A DNA stretch of 62,358 nucleotides, counting the filler, from Candidatus Delongbacteria bacterium (GTDB taxonomy: Bacteria; UBA4055), in NCBI GenBank assembly GCA_016937995.1. It is 4 parts of 4 records of this genome, joined end to end, with 100 filler letters (N's around TTAATTAATTAA, not from the genome) between each part and the next. Parts side by side here need not be neighbours in the genome. Positions count along the whole stretch, not along the records: positions 15,577 to 46,943 come from JAFGVM010000023.1; 3 more parts are not named here. One strand, written 5' to 3'. Shown here one piece after another: positions 19,321 to 29,794 of this stretch; position 1 is the first letter of the stretch, and every line of letters begins with the position of its first letter. The notes beneath the pieces were generated by a model. The model had not been told where the DNA came from and searched no databases. It saw nothing but the letters and a program-made list of their open reading frames with translations. Both the position numbers and the translations under genes were made by a program.

Positions 19321-20612
19321 TGGAAAAATTATTGAATCAGATAAAAGATAAATTTGAACAGAGCGAAGTCTTTTTTTCAAGTTCAGAAGATGTTTCGGTC
19401 ACTATTGCGAACGGAAAACTTGATGCTATCGAATCAAACAAGGAAAGTGGATACTCTGTTAGAACTTTTCATAAAGGTGTTGCAGGATTCGCATACAGTA
19501 ACAAGATATCTGATACCAAGCCCATACTTGAAAGCCTTGATATAAGCTTAATTGGTAAAGTTGAAGGGAATGTTGACCTTCCTGATCCTGCAGATCTACC
19601 TGATCTTAACACATATAACTCACAAATAGAAAAAGTTTCGAGTGATTCGATAAATGATATATGTGAAGATCTCTACAAATTTATTAAAAATAATGTTGAT
19701 GCAGAAATAACAACTTCCGGATGGAAATCTGTGACTGAAAAAAGACTTCTAAACTCAAAAGGTGTAGATTATAGTGGAAAAAGTTCTTCTTCAGGTCTAT
19801 ATGCGAGTATCGATTATCCAGGTGGTGGTGGAAGTCTCAATAAGGTTTTTAAAAGTAAATCAACACCTGAATACTGCGAAAAAGAAATATCTAAACTTAT
19901 AAATATGTACAAAACCGGTTTAAACATTGTAAAACCCGAAGGTGGAAAGATGAAAGTTCTTTTCATGCCGAATACAGTATTTTCGCTTATATGGAGGCTT
20001 TATGCAGCTGCAAAAGCTGATGCTGTCGATCAGGGGGTTTCAGTTCTTAAAGAGAAGATCGGAGATAAAATATTCAGTGAGAAGATAACTATTTATAATG
20101 ATCCATTGAATGATGAATTCCCGGGAGCTCAGGCTTTTGATGGAGAAGGTGTCGTCAATAAGAGAAATTATATTGTAGAAAATGGAGTATTCAGATCATT
20201 CTACGGAGATCTGAAATTCTGTAAAAAAATAGGTATTGAACCAACTGGTGGCTCAGCAAGAGGATCATGGAGGGGTCAACCATCCAGTTCGATGAGTGCT
20301 ATGTATGTTGAACCAGGAGAGCACTCTTTGGAAGAGCTTATTGCAATGATGGACAAAGGAATCATAATCTTTGGAGTTCTTGGGGCTCATAGTGGTAATA
20401 TACCTAATGGAGATCTTTCAATAGGTATAAATCCATGTTTCTATGTTGAAAATGGAGAAATCAAAGGGCGTGTTAAAGATTCTATGCTTGCAGGTAATGT
20501 ATATGACATTATGAAAAATGTTCTTGCTGTTGGAAATAAATCTGAATCAGGTTATATGGTAACCAGCCCCCCAATTTTACTTGATAATATTAATATTGCT
20601 ATCAAGCAATAA
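19320..20612 (+). CDS. pmbA: TldE/PmbA family protein
   Basis: FDGEGV, no HExxH, coupled to tldD by a TAATG overlap. Confidence 0.88.
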   Translation: MEKLLNQIKDKFEQSEVFFSSSEDVSVTIANGKLDAIESNKESGYSVRTFHKGVAGFAYSNKISDTKPILESLDISLIGKVEGNVDLPDPADLPDLNTYNSQIEKVSSDSINDICEDLYKFIKNNVDAEITTSGWKSVTEKRLLNSKGVDYSGKSSSSGLYASIDYPGGGGSLNKVFKSKSTPEYCEKEISKLINMYKTGLNIVKPEGGKMKVLFMPNTVFSLIWRLYAAAKADAVDQGVSVLKEKIGDKIFSEKITIYNDPLNDEFPGAQAFDGEGVVNKRNYIVENGVFRSFYGDLKFCKKIGIEPTGGSARGSWRGQPSSSMSAMYVEPGEHSLEELIAMMDKGIIIFGVLGAHSGNIPNGDLSIGINPCFYVENGEIKGRVKDSMLAGNVYDIMKNVLAVGNKSESGYMVTSPPILLDNINIAIKQ

Positions 20613-20616
20613 TCTG

Positions 20617-20645
20617 AAAGGGTGCGAAATTTCGCACCCTTTTTT
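20617..20645. terminator. Bidirectional terminator
   Basis: AAAGGGTGCGAAA/TTTCGCACCCTTT plus T-run. Confidence 0.85.
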
Positions 20646-20663
20646 GCTTCATCATATTTCATT

Positions 20664-21179
20664 TTATTCATCCCAATTCAAAACAAACTGCCTCTGCTCT
20701 TCTGTCTCAGGACTTTCTTTTCCGTCACCCCGGAGAAGATGTATCTTTTCGAAAACATTCTCTTTAGTGGCCATTTTATGCCTTAACATATAACATCCTA
20801 CAACCGTTCCGGTCCTACCGGTACCTCCGATACAGTGTAAATACACTGGTGTATCCTGCTTTAGATCTTTATCAATCTTATCCAGTATTTTTTTCATAAG
20901 ATCTTTATCCGGGATACCCATATCTTTTATTATGTATCGCGTGTGTTTAAGGTTATTGCAATGAATATCTTCAAATTTTTCGCAATATTCACTATATATT
21001 GTCGTAAAATAATTTATCTCTTCATCTGCCTCAGTTAAATTGATCATCGATCTTATACCAAGGTCTGAAAGACTTAACATCCTGTTTAAAATACTGGCCG
21101 CATTAAATCCTCCCGGATACATTCCGGCCATCAACTTTCCCTCAATAACCCAATAAGTGTTTTGAAATGGTAATTTCAT
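20664..21179 (-). CDS. Dual-specificity/tyrosine protein phosphatase
   Basis: CX5R motif HCIGGTGRT; SPETEEQ. Confidence 0.9.
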   Translation of the reverse strand: MKLPFQNTYWVIEGKLMAGMYPGGFNAASILNRMLSLSDLGIRSMINLTEADEEINYFTTIYSEYCEKFEDIHCNNLKHTRYIIKDMGIPDKDLMKKILDKIDKDLKQDTPVYLHCIGGTGRTGTVVGCYMLRHKMATKENVFEKIHLLRGDGKESPETEEQRQFVLNWDE

Positions 21180-21330
21180 GCTTTGACGAACCTGCTTTTC
21201 ATTATAATTCCCGATATATCCTTAATATAGTAAAAATATGGATAAAATACATTGATTATTTTGATATTAAATATTACTTTCAGCGGTTGGAAGTAATGTA
21301 GGCTTATCAAAAAATATGGTAGTCCAGTAA

Positions 21331-22560
21331 GTGTTTAAAGATTTAACAAAAATACAAAAAAAAATAGTTTATGTTATCCTGATAGCAACTTTTTTCAATG
21401 CAATTCTCATTGGACTTGGTCCATTAATGGATATTATAGCAACAAAAGCTTTAAGTGCGGCAGATTGGCAATTGACATTATTGACAATGATATGGCCTGT
21501 TACTAACTTCATATCCATATGGTGGGGTAAAATATTAGAAACAACTGAAAATAAATCAATATTTTACTGGATAGTAGCATTTTTTGGTAGGTTGATACTT
21601 GTTCTTGGTATCTGGGTGGTCACCATGAATGAATTCCTTGTCATTCTTGCAGTTTCATTCTCATTCAATTCTCTTTTCATCCCACTTTATAACAATTTGT
21701 TTCAAAAGCACTTCAATTCTGAAGTAAGAGGCAGGATATTCGGTATCACGATAAGTCTTTCAACTTTTATTGCGATATTGTTTTCTTATGTAGCCGGAAG
21801 GGTTCTCGACAGCGATGAGAATAGATTCAGAATTATTATGGTATTCGCAGGGATTTGCGGATTCCTTGGAACTGCAATACTAAGTACATTTAAACCAGAG
21901 ATCAAAACTAATTCAATAATTAAGAAATTCAGCTTAACAAAGATCTTCATTTCCCCTTTAAGTCGAACTTGGGAAACTTTAAGATACAACAAAGATTTTA
22001 GAAATTTTGAAATTAATTTCACAATATACGGGATCGGATTCTTGATGGTTCTACCTTCTGTTCCTATATATTTGATCGAAAATTTAAAAATGAATTATAC
22101 ATCAAGTTTTATTGCGAAAGCAATAATCGCACAGATAGGCCTGCTTCTATTATCACCTCTATTCGGTAAGATTCACGGAAAATGGCATCCTCATTATTTC
22201 ACCGCTATATCATTTATCACCTTATCTATTTTCCCTTTGACGCTTTATATCTCAAGCTTTATGTCTATCGAAACCGCTGTTATACTGGTTTTCGTAGCGT
22301 ATTTCATTTATAGTTTTGGAATGGCAGGTGTGAATATTTCATGGAATATAAGCAGCATTTTTTTTGCCGGAGATGAAGATTCCTCAATGTATCAAAGCAT
22401 TCATGTATCAGCTACAGGTATCAGAGGTTTACTGGCTCCATTATTTGGATTATCATTGTACAGATATTTCGGAATTAGGTTTGTTTTCCTCGTTTCGTTC
22501 ATTTTTATCTTCTCCGGGGGAATTTTGAGTTATCTAAGCTATCTGAAAAAGAAGTCATAA
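21331..22560 (+). CDS. MFS transporter
   Basis: About 12 hydrophobic segments, RGRIFG motif. Confidence 0.85.
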   Translation: MFKDLTKIQKKIVYVILIATFFNAILIGLGPLMDIIATKALSAADWQLTLLTMIWPVTNFISIWWGKILETTENKSIFYWIVAFFGRLILVLGIWVVTMNEFLVILAVSFSFNSLFIPLYNNLFQKHFNSEVRGRIFGITISLSTFIAILFSYVAGRVLDSDENRFRIIMVFAGICGFLGTAILSTFKPEIKTNSIIKKFSLTKIFISPLSRTWETLRYNKDFRNFEINFTIYGIGFLMVLPSVPIYLIENLKMNYTSSFIAKAIIAQIGLLLLSPLFGKIHGKWHPHYFTAISFITLSIFPLTLYISSFMSIETAVILVFVAYFIYSFGMAGVNISWNISSIFFAGDEDSSMYQSIHVSATGIRGLLAPLFGLSLYRYFGIRFVFLVSFIFIFSGGILSYLSYLKKKS

Positions 22561-22692
22561 ATAGTGTAAAAATAAAAATATATTACCTTGACAAGCTACG
22601 GCATATATTTTATATTTAGCTTGATTTAATATGTTAGGAAAATAAATCTGTAAGTGAAAATTAATTTAAAAAATAAAGTTGTCGGAGGTAAA

Positions 22693-22947
22693 ATGTCATT
22701 GACAATTAAAAAATTGGCTTTATTGCTGTTGGTTTTGTCCTTTCTTTTCGCTGGATGTACAAGATACGCAAATGAAGATGAACTTAAAGTTCTGAAGGAT
22801 ACACAAGACGCTGCAAAAAAAGCACAAACAAAGTTGGCTACTGTTAAACAGGATAGAAGAAATCTTGAAAACAAACTGGCTGATAAGGAAAAAGAACTGG
22901 CAGCAGCTAAAGAAGAAAAAGCCGCTGTAGAAAGTAGAATTAAATAG
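22693..22947 (+). CDS. Small coiled-coil lipoprotein
   Basis: GGAGGT RBS before ATG 22693; lipobox LFAG-C; Ala/Lys/Glu-rich helix. Confidence 0.8.
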   Translation: MSLTIKKLALLLLVLSFLFAGCTRYANEDELKVLKDTQDAAKKAQTKLATVKQDRRNLENKLADKEKELAAAKEEKAAVESRIK

Positions 22948-22978
22948 GAACTTAAAACAAAAAGGAGTTTAATAAGAT

Positions 22979-23674
22979 ATGAAAAAAACATTACTATCAC
23001 TTCTCATCTTGTCTTTTTTTGCTTTGAGTTTCGCGCAAGATAAAGTGAACTATGAAGAAGAATATCTGCCTAAGTTAACTAAGGCTCAAACAGATGTAGC
23101 CAACACAGAAGCTGAAATAGTTACTGAAGAAGCAAAATCTACTGAATTAAAAGGTAAGATCGAAGAAACTGATAATGCTATCCAGACAACTTGGACTGAG
23201 ATCTATACTTTGGTAGGATCAGATGATTCTGGTATTAAAGAATATCGTGATAACCTTAATGCTCTAGAGAATAAAGTAAGAAGTTTTGGAGCTTTACCTG
23301 CAGAAGAATTATACAAAAGAAGAGCTGAACTTGACGGTTTTCAATCAGAATTAGATCTGATGAGAGCGGATACTAAATCAGCTTTAACAGAATTTGTGAA
23401 TAAAATCGAAAGAATTGATCAAAAAATAAAATCTGTAAGAAGTTCTATAGTTGTCCCTTATGTTACTTCATATGTTGTTCAGAGAGGTGATAATCTTTGG
23501 AAGATCTCAGGAAAATCTGATATTTATGACGATCCTTTTAAGTGGACTGATATATACAAAGCTAACAAAGAAACTATCAGCTCATGGCAACGAAAGTATA
23601 ATGCAGTCTTGAAAGAAGGACAAGAAGAAGCAGATCTTATTTATCCTGATCAGGAATTTACAATTCCTAGGTAA
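22979..23674 (+). CDS. Secreted coiled-coil protein with C-terminal LysM domain
   Basis: Signal peptide; YVVQRGDNLWKIS...W..IY.AN...DLIYPDQ. Confidence 0.88.
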   Translation: MKKTLLSLLILSFFALSFAQDKVNYEEEYLPKLTKAQTDVANTEAEIVTEEAKSTELKGKIEETDNAIQTTWTEIYTLVGSDDSGIKEYRDNLNALENKVRSFGALPAEELYKRRAELDGFQSELDLMRADTKSALTEFVNKIERIDQKIKSVRSSIVVPYVTSYVVQRGDNLWKISGKSDIYDDPFKWTDIYKANKETISSWQRKYNAVLKEGQEEADLIYPDQEFTIPR

Positions 23675-23730
23675 ATAATTTGATAGTTGAACATATTATT
23701 ATATCATGTAAATGTTATTAGTCGTTTCTT

Positions 23731-23759
23731 AGGTGCATACTTGTTATGCACCTTTTTTT
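23731..23759 (+). terminator. Intrinsic terminator
   Basis: AGGTGCATA-cttgt-TATGCACCT plus T-run. Confidence 0.8.
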
Positions 23760-23777
23760 ACTTTAAAGGTGATGTCT

Positions 23778-26120
23778 ATGATTAAGAAGAATAAAAAGTA
23801 TTTAATAAATATTTTCATGTTGTTAGCAGTTTCTGTTGCAATCACCGTTTTTTTACTACCCAAAGGTAAGATCAGTGAATTCTCCAACTATAAAATCGGA
23901 TTGCTTGCACCTGAAAAAGTAATATCTCCGTTCGATTTTGAAATATTGAGAAGTGAAGATGAGCTGAAAGATGTACGTTTTAAGATTAGATCAACAGTTC
24001 TCCCTATTTTTGTTTATTCTGACACTCTAAATTTGAGCCTTTACAGAAAATACGGTCAATTTTACAATAGCTTTGAAGATCTCAAAAAGAACAAGAAAAA
24101 CCTTAAGAGCATTAAAGAAAAACTTGATTTTTATAATACAAAAAAAGACTCTCTCATAAAAAAAGATTCGATCGACTACATTGCCAATAAAATGGCACTT
24201 GATTCAATTTTTTCTTCTTATAGTAAGCAATTTTCTACCGATGAATTAAATTTCAAGCAAAATTTCTTCATGGATTTCAATGAGCTGAACTCCTTACCTC
24301 TTTTATCAAATGTTGAATTCCGTAAAAAAGTCGGTTATTTTTTGAGAAGGCATATTAACGATCAGGTTTTAAATATTTCCAAAAATTCTATCTTTAACAG
24401 AGAACTTGGCAAATTCATGATCATTACTCAAACCGACACTTTGATAAAAAATATTAACGATTACAATGATATTGATAATAAAAATGAAGATAATTTAGAT
24501 TTTTTAGTCAGTAATTATAATTCCGATGTTGATAACGATTCGTTAAAATATTGGAATAAAATAATAGCAAATTTTTCAAGACCGAACATTATCTATGACA
24601 AGATCTTGACCGAAAGAATGATACTTAAAGCTCAAAACGGTGTCCCTTTAGCAAGAGGATTGGTCAACAAAGGTGAAGAAATAGTCTCAAAGAATATGCT
24701 TATAACCAAGGATATTCATGACAAACTCCTATCCCTAGATAGAAAGATAAAAGAAAAATCGGAATTGGAAATTAATAATAACTTTATCGGCAGCATTAAT
24801 TTCAGAAATATTGGAGGTAAAACTTTACTATCAACTTTATTCTATGTAATATTGTTGTTGATGCTCTATTTCAACAGATCGGATTTTTTCTATAATTTTA
24901 AAAGAATGACCCTGATATTTTTGATGGTACTGATCCAGCTTTCTATTATATATTTCTCATCAAAATACATTGAAAACTATTCCCCTTATCTGGTTTTAAT
25001 GCCCGTTACTTCAATATTGATCGGTATATTTTTCGATATTAGAACAGCTTTTGTCGGAACTGTGATAATAACAATGCTTGGTTCACTTATTGTCGGAAAT
25101 AGCTATGCCTTTGTGTTCATACCGATGTTTTCTGGTCTTTTCACTATGTATGGTGTAAACAAGATCAGAGATATTTTCCAATTCATTTATAAAACTTTTG
25201 TTTTTACGTTTCTTGGTCTGTTAATACCCGGTTTGGGATTCCAGCTACTTCTTACTACGTCCAATGATCAATTTGCCACGATTTTTCTTCATTGCTCGAT
25301 CAATGCGGTAGTTACACCTCTTATAGCTCTGGCATTACTGTCATTGATCGAAATCGTCTTTAAGATCCCTACAGATATAACCTTACTACAACTTTCAGAC
25401 ATGTCCAGACCTTTGTTAAAAAAATTACAGATCGAAGCTCCCGGTACTTCACATCATAGTATTGTTGTGGGTAATCTGGCTGAAGCTGCTGCCGAAGCTA
25501 TCAAAGCAAATTCTCTATTAGCAAGAGTAGGGGCATACTATCACGATATCGGAAAAACATTTAAACCTGCATATTTCGTTGAGAATCAAAAGAACATTGG
25601 AAATAAGCACGATAAAATGGCTCCCAATATGAGTGCGCTCATTTTATCCAATCATGTAAAGGAAGGAACAAAATTAGCGAATGAATATAAGCTTCCTGAA
25701 ATTATTATTGATTTCATAAAGACGCATCACGGTACTTCCCGAATGGAATTTTTCTATAGCAAAGCTTTGACCCAGTTAAAAGATCCTGAAGAGAAAATAA
25801 ATGAATCGATCTATAAATATCCCGGTCCAAAACCTCAAACCAAGGAAACAGCCATTGTAATGCTATCAGACATAGTTGAGGCAAAAAGCCGTACTGAAAC
25901 GAATGCAAACATAGACCGCTTCAGACAAATTATTAATGAAATAATTTTAGAAAGGCTTCAGACTGGTGAGCTTGATGAGTGTAATCTGAAAATAAATGAA
26001 CTGAGCAAGATCAGAGAAGCTATGATTCCGGTATTGACAGGAATGTATCACTCCAGAATTGTATACCCGGATAAGAATAAAGAACAACAGGAAATAGATA
26101 ATTTAGATGAAAAAAATTAA
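23778..26120 (+). CDS. 7TM-HD (HDIG) phosphohydrolase, PgpH-like
   Basis: EAPGTSHHS, YYHDIGK, HHGT, YPGPKPQTKE; 7 TM segments; upstream of ybeY as usual. Confidence 0.92.
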   Translation: MIKKNKKYLINIFMLLAVSVAITVFLLPKGKISEFSNYKIGLLAPEKVISPFDFEILRSEDELKDVRFKIRSTVLPIFVYSDTLNLSLYRKYGQFYNSFEDLKKNKKNLKSIKEKLDFYNTKKDSLIKKDSIDYIANKMALDSIFSSYSKQFSTDELNFKQNFFMDFNELNSLPLLSNVEFRKKVGYFLRRHINDQVLNISKNSIFNRELGKFMIITQTDTLIKNINDYNDIDNKNEDNLDFLVSNYNSDVDNDSLKYWNKIIANFSRPNIIYDKILTERMILKAQNGVPLARGLVNKGEEIVSKNMLITKDIHDKLLSLDRKIKEKSELEINNNFIGSINFRNIGGKTLLSTLFYVILLLMLYFNRSDFFYNFKRMTLIFLMVLIQLSIIYFSSKYIENYSPYLVLMPVTSILIGIFFDIRTAFVGTVIITMLGSLIVGNSYAFVFIPMFSGLFTMYGVNKIRDIFQFIYKTFVFTFLGLLIPGLGFQLLLTTSNDQFATIFLHCSINAVVTPLIALALLSLIEIVFKIPTDITLLQLSDMSRPLLKKLQIEAPGTSHHSIVVGNLAEAAAEAIKANSLLARVGAYYHDIGKTFKPAYFVENQKNIGNKHDKMAPNMSALILSNHVKEGTKLANEYKLPEIIIDFIKTHHGTSRMEFFYSKALTQLKDPEEKINESIYKYPGPKPQTKETAIVMLSDIVEAKSRTETNANIDRFRQIINEIILERLQTGELDECNLKINELSKIREAMIPVLTGMYHSRIVYPDKNKEQQEIDNLDEKN

Positions 26121-26541
26121 TTTACTGGTCAACAATTTTACTAAAAGTAGAATTTGTAAAAGAAAAATATGGGATCAGATCCAGATATTTGAGGATCTTC
26201 ATAAATGTAATATTTTATCACTCAGTATTTCGTTCATTCATGACGAAGAAATGACCGTGTTAAATCAGAAACATCTCAAACACAAAGGATCTACAGATAT
26301 CATTACATTCAGTTATGATGATGATCTCACAAATCTGGACGGAGAAATAATTATTTGTGTTGATGAGGCAAAGAGGCAGGCCAGACAATATAAAGTCAAA
26401 TTGATCAATGAGTTGAACAGACTCGTTTTTCACGGATTACTTCATATGATAGGTTACAAAGATAGATCCAAAGAGGAAAAGATCCGGATCCATCAGGCTG
26501 AGGATAAATTATTGAATGAACTGGAAGATCATAGATTATAA
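26107..26541 (+). CDS. ybeY: rRNA maturation endoribonuclease YbeY
   Basis: TDIITF, HGLLHMIGY. Confidence 0.93.
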   Translation: MKKINLLVNNFTKSRICKRKIWDQIQIFEDLHKCNILSLSISFIHDEEMTVLNQKHLKHKGSTDIITFSYDDDLTNLDGEIIICVDEAKRQARQYKVKLINELNRLVFHGLLHMIGYKDRSKEEKIRIHQAEDKLLNELEDHRL

Positions 26542-26604
26542 AATTTCTTGGGTATAGAGACCCAAAAGATTATATTACATTAATTAAAGAATAAGGAGAA
26601 TTTG

Positions 26605-27903
26605 ATGGACGAAGTTCCACTGTGGGTGATACAAAGTATAGCTTTTATCGCTCTTTTGCCACTTAGTATGCTCTTTTCTGCTTCTGAAACTGCACTTATC
26701 AGTTTAACAGAAAATGAAATGAATGAGCTTAGGAACTCAAAAAATACAAAAGACCAAAAGATTTATAAATATCTGACTGAAAACTCTGAGTTTTTACTGA
26801 TCTCTTTGCTTTTGGGAAACACCATTGTAAATATAAGCATTGCAACCATAGCTGCTTTACTGACCCATAATTTACTGTTGGGAACTGTTTATGCTGGCTG
26901 GGGAATGTTCGTAGAGGTGTTTGTTGTTGGAATAATCATACTTTTATTTGGGGAGATCATACCAAAGTCGTATGCTATAAGGAACAGATTATCTTTCAGC
27001 AGGAAAATATTCCCTTTAATAATGCTGTTCTACTCAATTCTTTATATTCTGACATACATCATTTCTAAGATAGTGAATATTTTCATCGGTAAATTCAAGG
27101 GTGTTGAAGGAATTACCGCCTTTACTCGTAAAGACATTGAAAACCTTATGGAGGTAGGAGAAGAAGAAGGTGCTCTTGAGGAAGATGAAAAAAAGATGAT
27201 AAACTCTATTTTTGAATTCGGTGAAACGACTGTTAAAGAGATCATGGTACCAAGAGTTGATATGAAATCTATTGAGGATCAGACCGCACTCCCTGAACTT
27301 TTGGAATTTATCAACACTAATAATTTCTCAAGGATCCCTGTATACAGTGAAAGCATTGATAACATTGTAGGTATCCTCTACATTAAAGACCTTTTGCATT
27401 ACATGAATAACAAACATGAAAATGTCGAAATTAAAAATATAACACGGGACGTTACATTCATTCCTGAGTCAAAAGATATCGGTGATCTCCTTAAAATGTT
27501 CCAGAAGGAAAAGATACATATAGCTATTGTTGTTGATGAATACGGAGGAACTGCCGGCATGATCACACTGGAGGATATTATTGAGGAGATAGTCGGCGAG
27601 ATCCAGGATGAATTTGACACAGAAGACCAGTTATATAAGAAACTGAATGATAAAGTTTATGAGTTTGACGCGAAAATACCAGTGGACGATATAAATGACA
27701 TTTTGGGGATCAACTTACCTGAAGATGAGGATTATGAAAGTTTGGGTGGTTACCTTTATGATATCTTCGGTGAAGTTCCCGAGGTAGGTGATAAAAAAGA
27801 TTCAATAGGACTTTCCTTTACGATACTGTCTGTATCTAAACAGAGGATAGGATGGGTAAAAATAGAAAAACTGGAAAAACAAGAGCAAGATCAAGAAAAA
27901 TAA
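26605..27903 (+). CDS. Hemolysin/CNNM family protein (DUF21-CBS-CorC)
   Basis: FSASETA, LLGNT, FGEIIPK, VVDEYGGTAG, LEDIIEEIVGEI.DE. Confidence 0.92.
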   Translation: MDEVPLWVIQSIAFIALLPLSMLFSASETALISLTENEMNELRNSKNTKDQKIYKYLTENSEFLLISLLLGNTIVNISIATIAALLTHNLLLGTVYAGWGMFVEVFVVGIIILLFGEIIPKSYAIRNRLSFSRKIFPLIMLFYSILYILTYIISKIVNIFIGKFKGVEGITAFTRKDIENLMEVGEEEGALEEDEKKMINSIFEFGETTVKEIMVPRVDMKSIEDQTALPELLEFINTNNFSRIPVYSESIDNIVGILYIKDLLHYMNNKHENVEIKNITRDVTFIPESKDIGDLLKMFQKEKIHIAIVVDEYGGTAGMITLEDIIEEIVGEIQDEFDTEDQLYKKLNDKVYEFDAKIPVDDINDILGINLPEDEDYESLGGYLYDIFGEVPEVGDKKDSIGLSFTILSVSKQRIGWVKIEKLEKQEQDQEK

Positions 27904-27916
27904 ACAAGGAGCATCA

Positions 27917-29179
27917 ATGAAAACAGAATCAACTGTTGAAAAAGGTTACAGAAAAATAATTAACTTTGAACTATCGGCAGATGAACTTAAAAATTACAAG
28001 GACACAGCTTTTAAAAAGTTCAGAACAACAGCAAAAGTAGACGGTTTTAGAAAAGGAAAAGTGCCTGAAAGTATTCTGAAAAGCAGATACAGTGCAAACA
28101 TTGAAATAGAAGCTATTAACGAAGCAATAAACTCTTCATATAGCAATTACCTGATAGAGAACAAGATCTATCCTTTAGCAGATCCTGTGATAGAGGATAT
28201 CGACCAGAAGGATGATTCCCTTAAATTTTCTGCCAAGATCGAGATAAACCCAGAATTCGAACTTCTTGACTATACAGGAATTGAGATCGAACATACAAAT
28301 GTTACAGTAACAGATGAAGAAGTTGATCAGGTGATTGGAAAGATCCTGGACAAGCATGCCTCTCAAAAAGAAACAGATGAACCCGTTGTAAAAGGCTCTA
28401 TCGTGGACATTAAGATCAGGCCTTCCGGAAATGAAACATCTGAATGGGAAACAAAAACCATAGAAGTGGGTCTGTCAAACGATCAGATAGACAAAGAGCT
28501 TGAGGGAATGAAAAAGGGTGAAACTAAAGAAGTGAAATTTGACATACCTGCACAGGGAGATCATCCTGCACAATCGCTTAATTTCGACGTAATGGCAGAT
28601 AAAGTATATGTCAAAATACTTCCTGAGCTAAATGATGAATTTGCACAAACTTATGACAAAAAATACAAAACTCTGGAAGAATTAAAAAAAGCTGTCAGGG
28701 AAGATATTTATAAGAATAAAACCAGTCAAAATGAAAATGCCATCTATGATAAATTTGCAAAAACAATCATAGATAAACATGATAGTTTTGAAGTTCCTCC
28801 TTCAGTTTTAAACGGTTATTTGAATAATCTGATCGATAACGCTATCAAGCAGTACGGACCGGGAATGGATAGAAAAATGCTTGAAGGTATCTACAGAGAA
28901 AATGCGGCTGTTTCACTAAAATGGGAATATATCCGTAGAAAAATAATAGAGAAAGAAAATCTAACTGTATCTGATCCTGATCTTGAAGATAAATTCAAAA
29001 AAATATCGGAGGATTCTTCAATTGATATTGACAAAGTTAAGCAATATTACTCTCCAAAAGAAAAACTTCAAATGCTCAGGGATGACATACTTGATAAAAA
29101 AGTTCGTGATTTTTTAAAGAGCAATAACACGGTCAAACTGGTTGATGAAATTAAAGAAGAAAGTACAGAAGACAAATAA
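27917..29179 (+). CDS. tig: Trigger factor
   Basis: GFRKGKVP signature; tig-clpP-clpX order. Confidence 0.95.
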   Translation: MKTESTVEKGYRKIINFELSADELKNYKDTAFKKFRTTAKVDGFRKGKVPESILKSRYSANIEIEAINEAINSSYSNYLIENKIYPLADPVIEDIDQKDDSLKFSAKIEINPEFELLDYTGIEIEHTNVTVTDEEVDQVIGKILDKHASQKETDEPVVKGSIVDIKIRPSGNETSEWETKTIEVGLSNDQIDKELEGMKKGETKEVKFDIPAQGDHPAQSLNFDVMADKVYVKILPELNDEFAQTYDKKYKTLEELKKAVREDIYKNKTSQNENAIYDKFAKTIIDKHDSFEVPPSVLNGYLNNLIDNAIKQYGPGMDRKMLEGIYRENAAVSLKWEYIRRKIIEKENLTVSDPDLEDKFKKISEDSSIDIDKVKQYYSPKEKLQMLRDDILDKKVRDFLKSNNTVKLVDEIKEESTEDK

Positions 29180-29194
29180 TAAACGGAGTATATC

Positions 29195-29779
29195 ATGCCT
29201 TTAGTTCCAATGGTAATTGAGCAATCAGGTCGAGGTGAAAGAGCATATGACATCTATTCCCTGCTGCTTAAACAAAGGATAATTTTTATAAATTCCGAGA
29301 TAGAGGATAATATGGCCAGCCTGGTTGTTGCCCAGCTTCTTTATCTTGAGGCGGAAGATCCTGACAAGGATATTTCGTTATATATCAACAGCCCTGGTGG
29401 AGTTATCACTTCGGGACTGGCTATCTATGACACAATGAATTATATAAAACCTGATGTTACGACAATATGTATCGGTCAGGCAGCGAGTATGGGAGCCATA
29501 CTTTTAACTGCGGGAACTAAAGGAAAGAGAATAGCACTTCCGAATTCAAGGATAATGATACATCAACCTCTCGGTGGTGCACATGGTCAGGCATCTGATA
29601 TTCAGATAGCTGCTGAAGAGATAATCAAAGTTAAAAAGAAATTGAATGAGATCTTAAGCTCAACCACAGGAAAGTCTATAAGCAAGATCGAGAAAGACTC
29701 GGATAGAAATCTGTTCATGTCTGCCGATGAAGCTTTGAAGTACGGATTGATCGATAAAATTTATACGACTAACAAATAA
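29195..29779 (+). CDS. clpP: ATP-dependent Clp protease proteolytic subunit
   Basis: [22 protein letters not shown]. Confidence 0.98.
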   Translation: MPLVPMVIEQSGRGERAYDIYSLLLKQRIIFINSEIEDNMASLVVAQLLYLEAEDPDKDISLYINSPGGVITSGLAIYDTMNYIKPDVTTICIGQAASMGAILLTAGTKGKRIALPNSRIMIHQPLGGAHGQASDIQIAAEEIIKVKKKLNEILSSTTGKSISKIEKDSDRNLFMSADEALKYGLIDKIYTTNK

Positions 29780-29794
29780 ACGGATCTGATAAAA

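Noticed and set aside
21176-21202. 8-codon uORF (MKSRFVKA) overlapping the phosphatase start by ATGA
   Set aside because: Too short to distinguish from chance.
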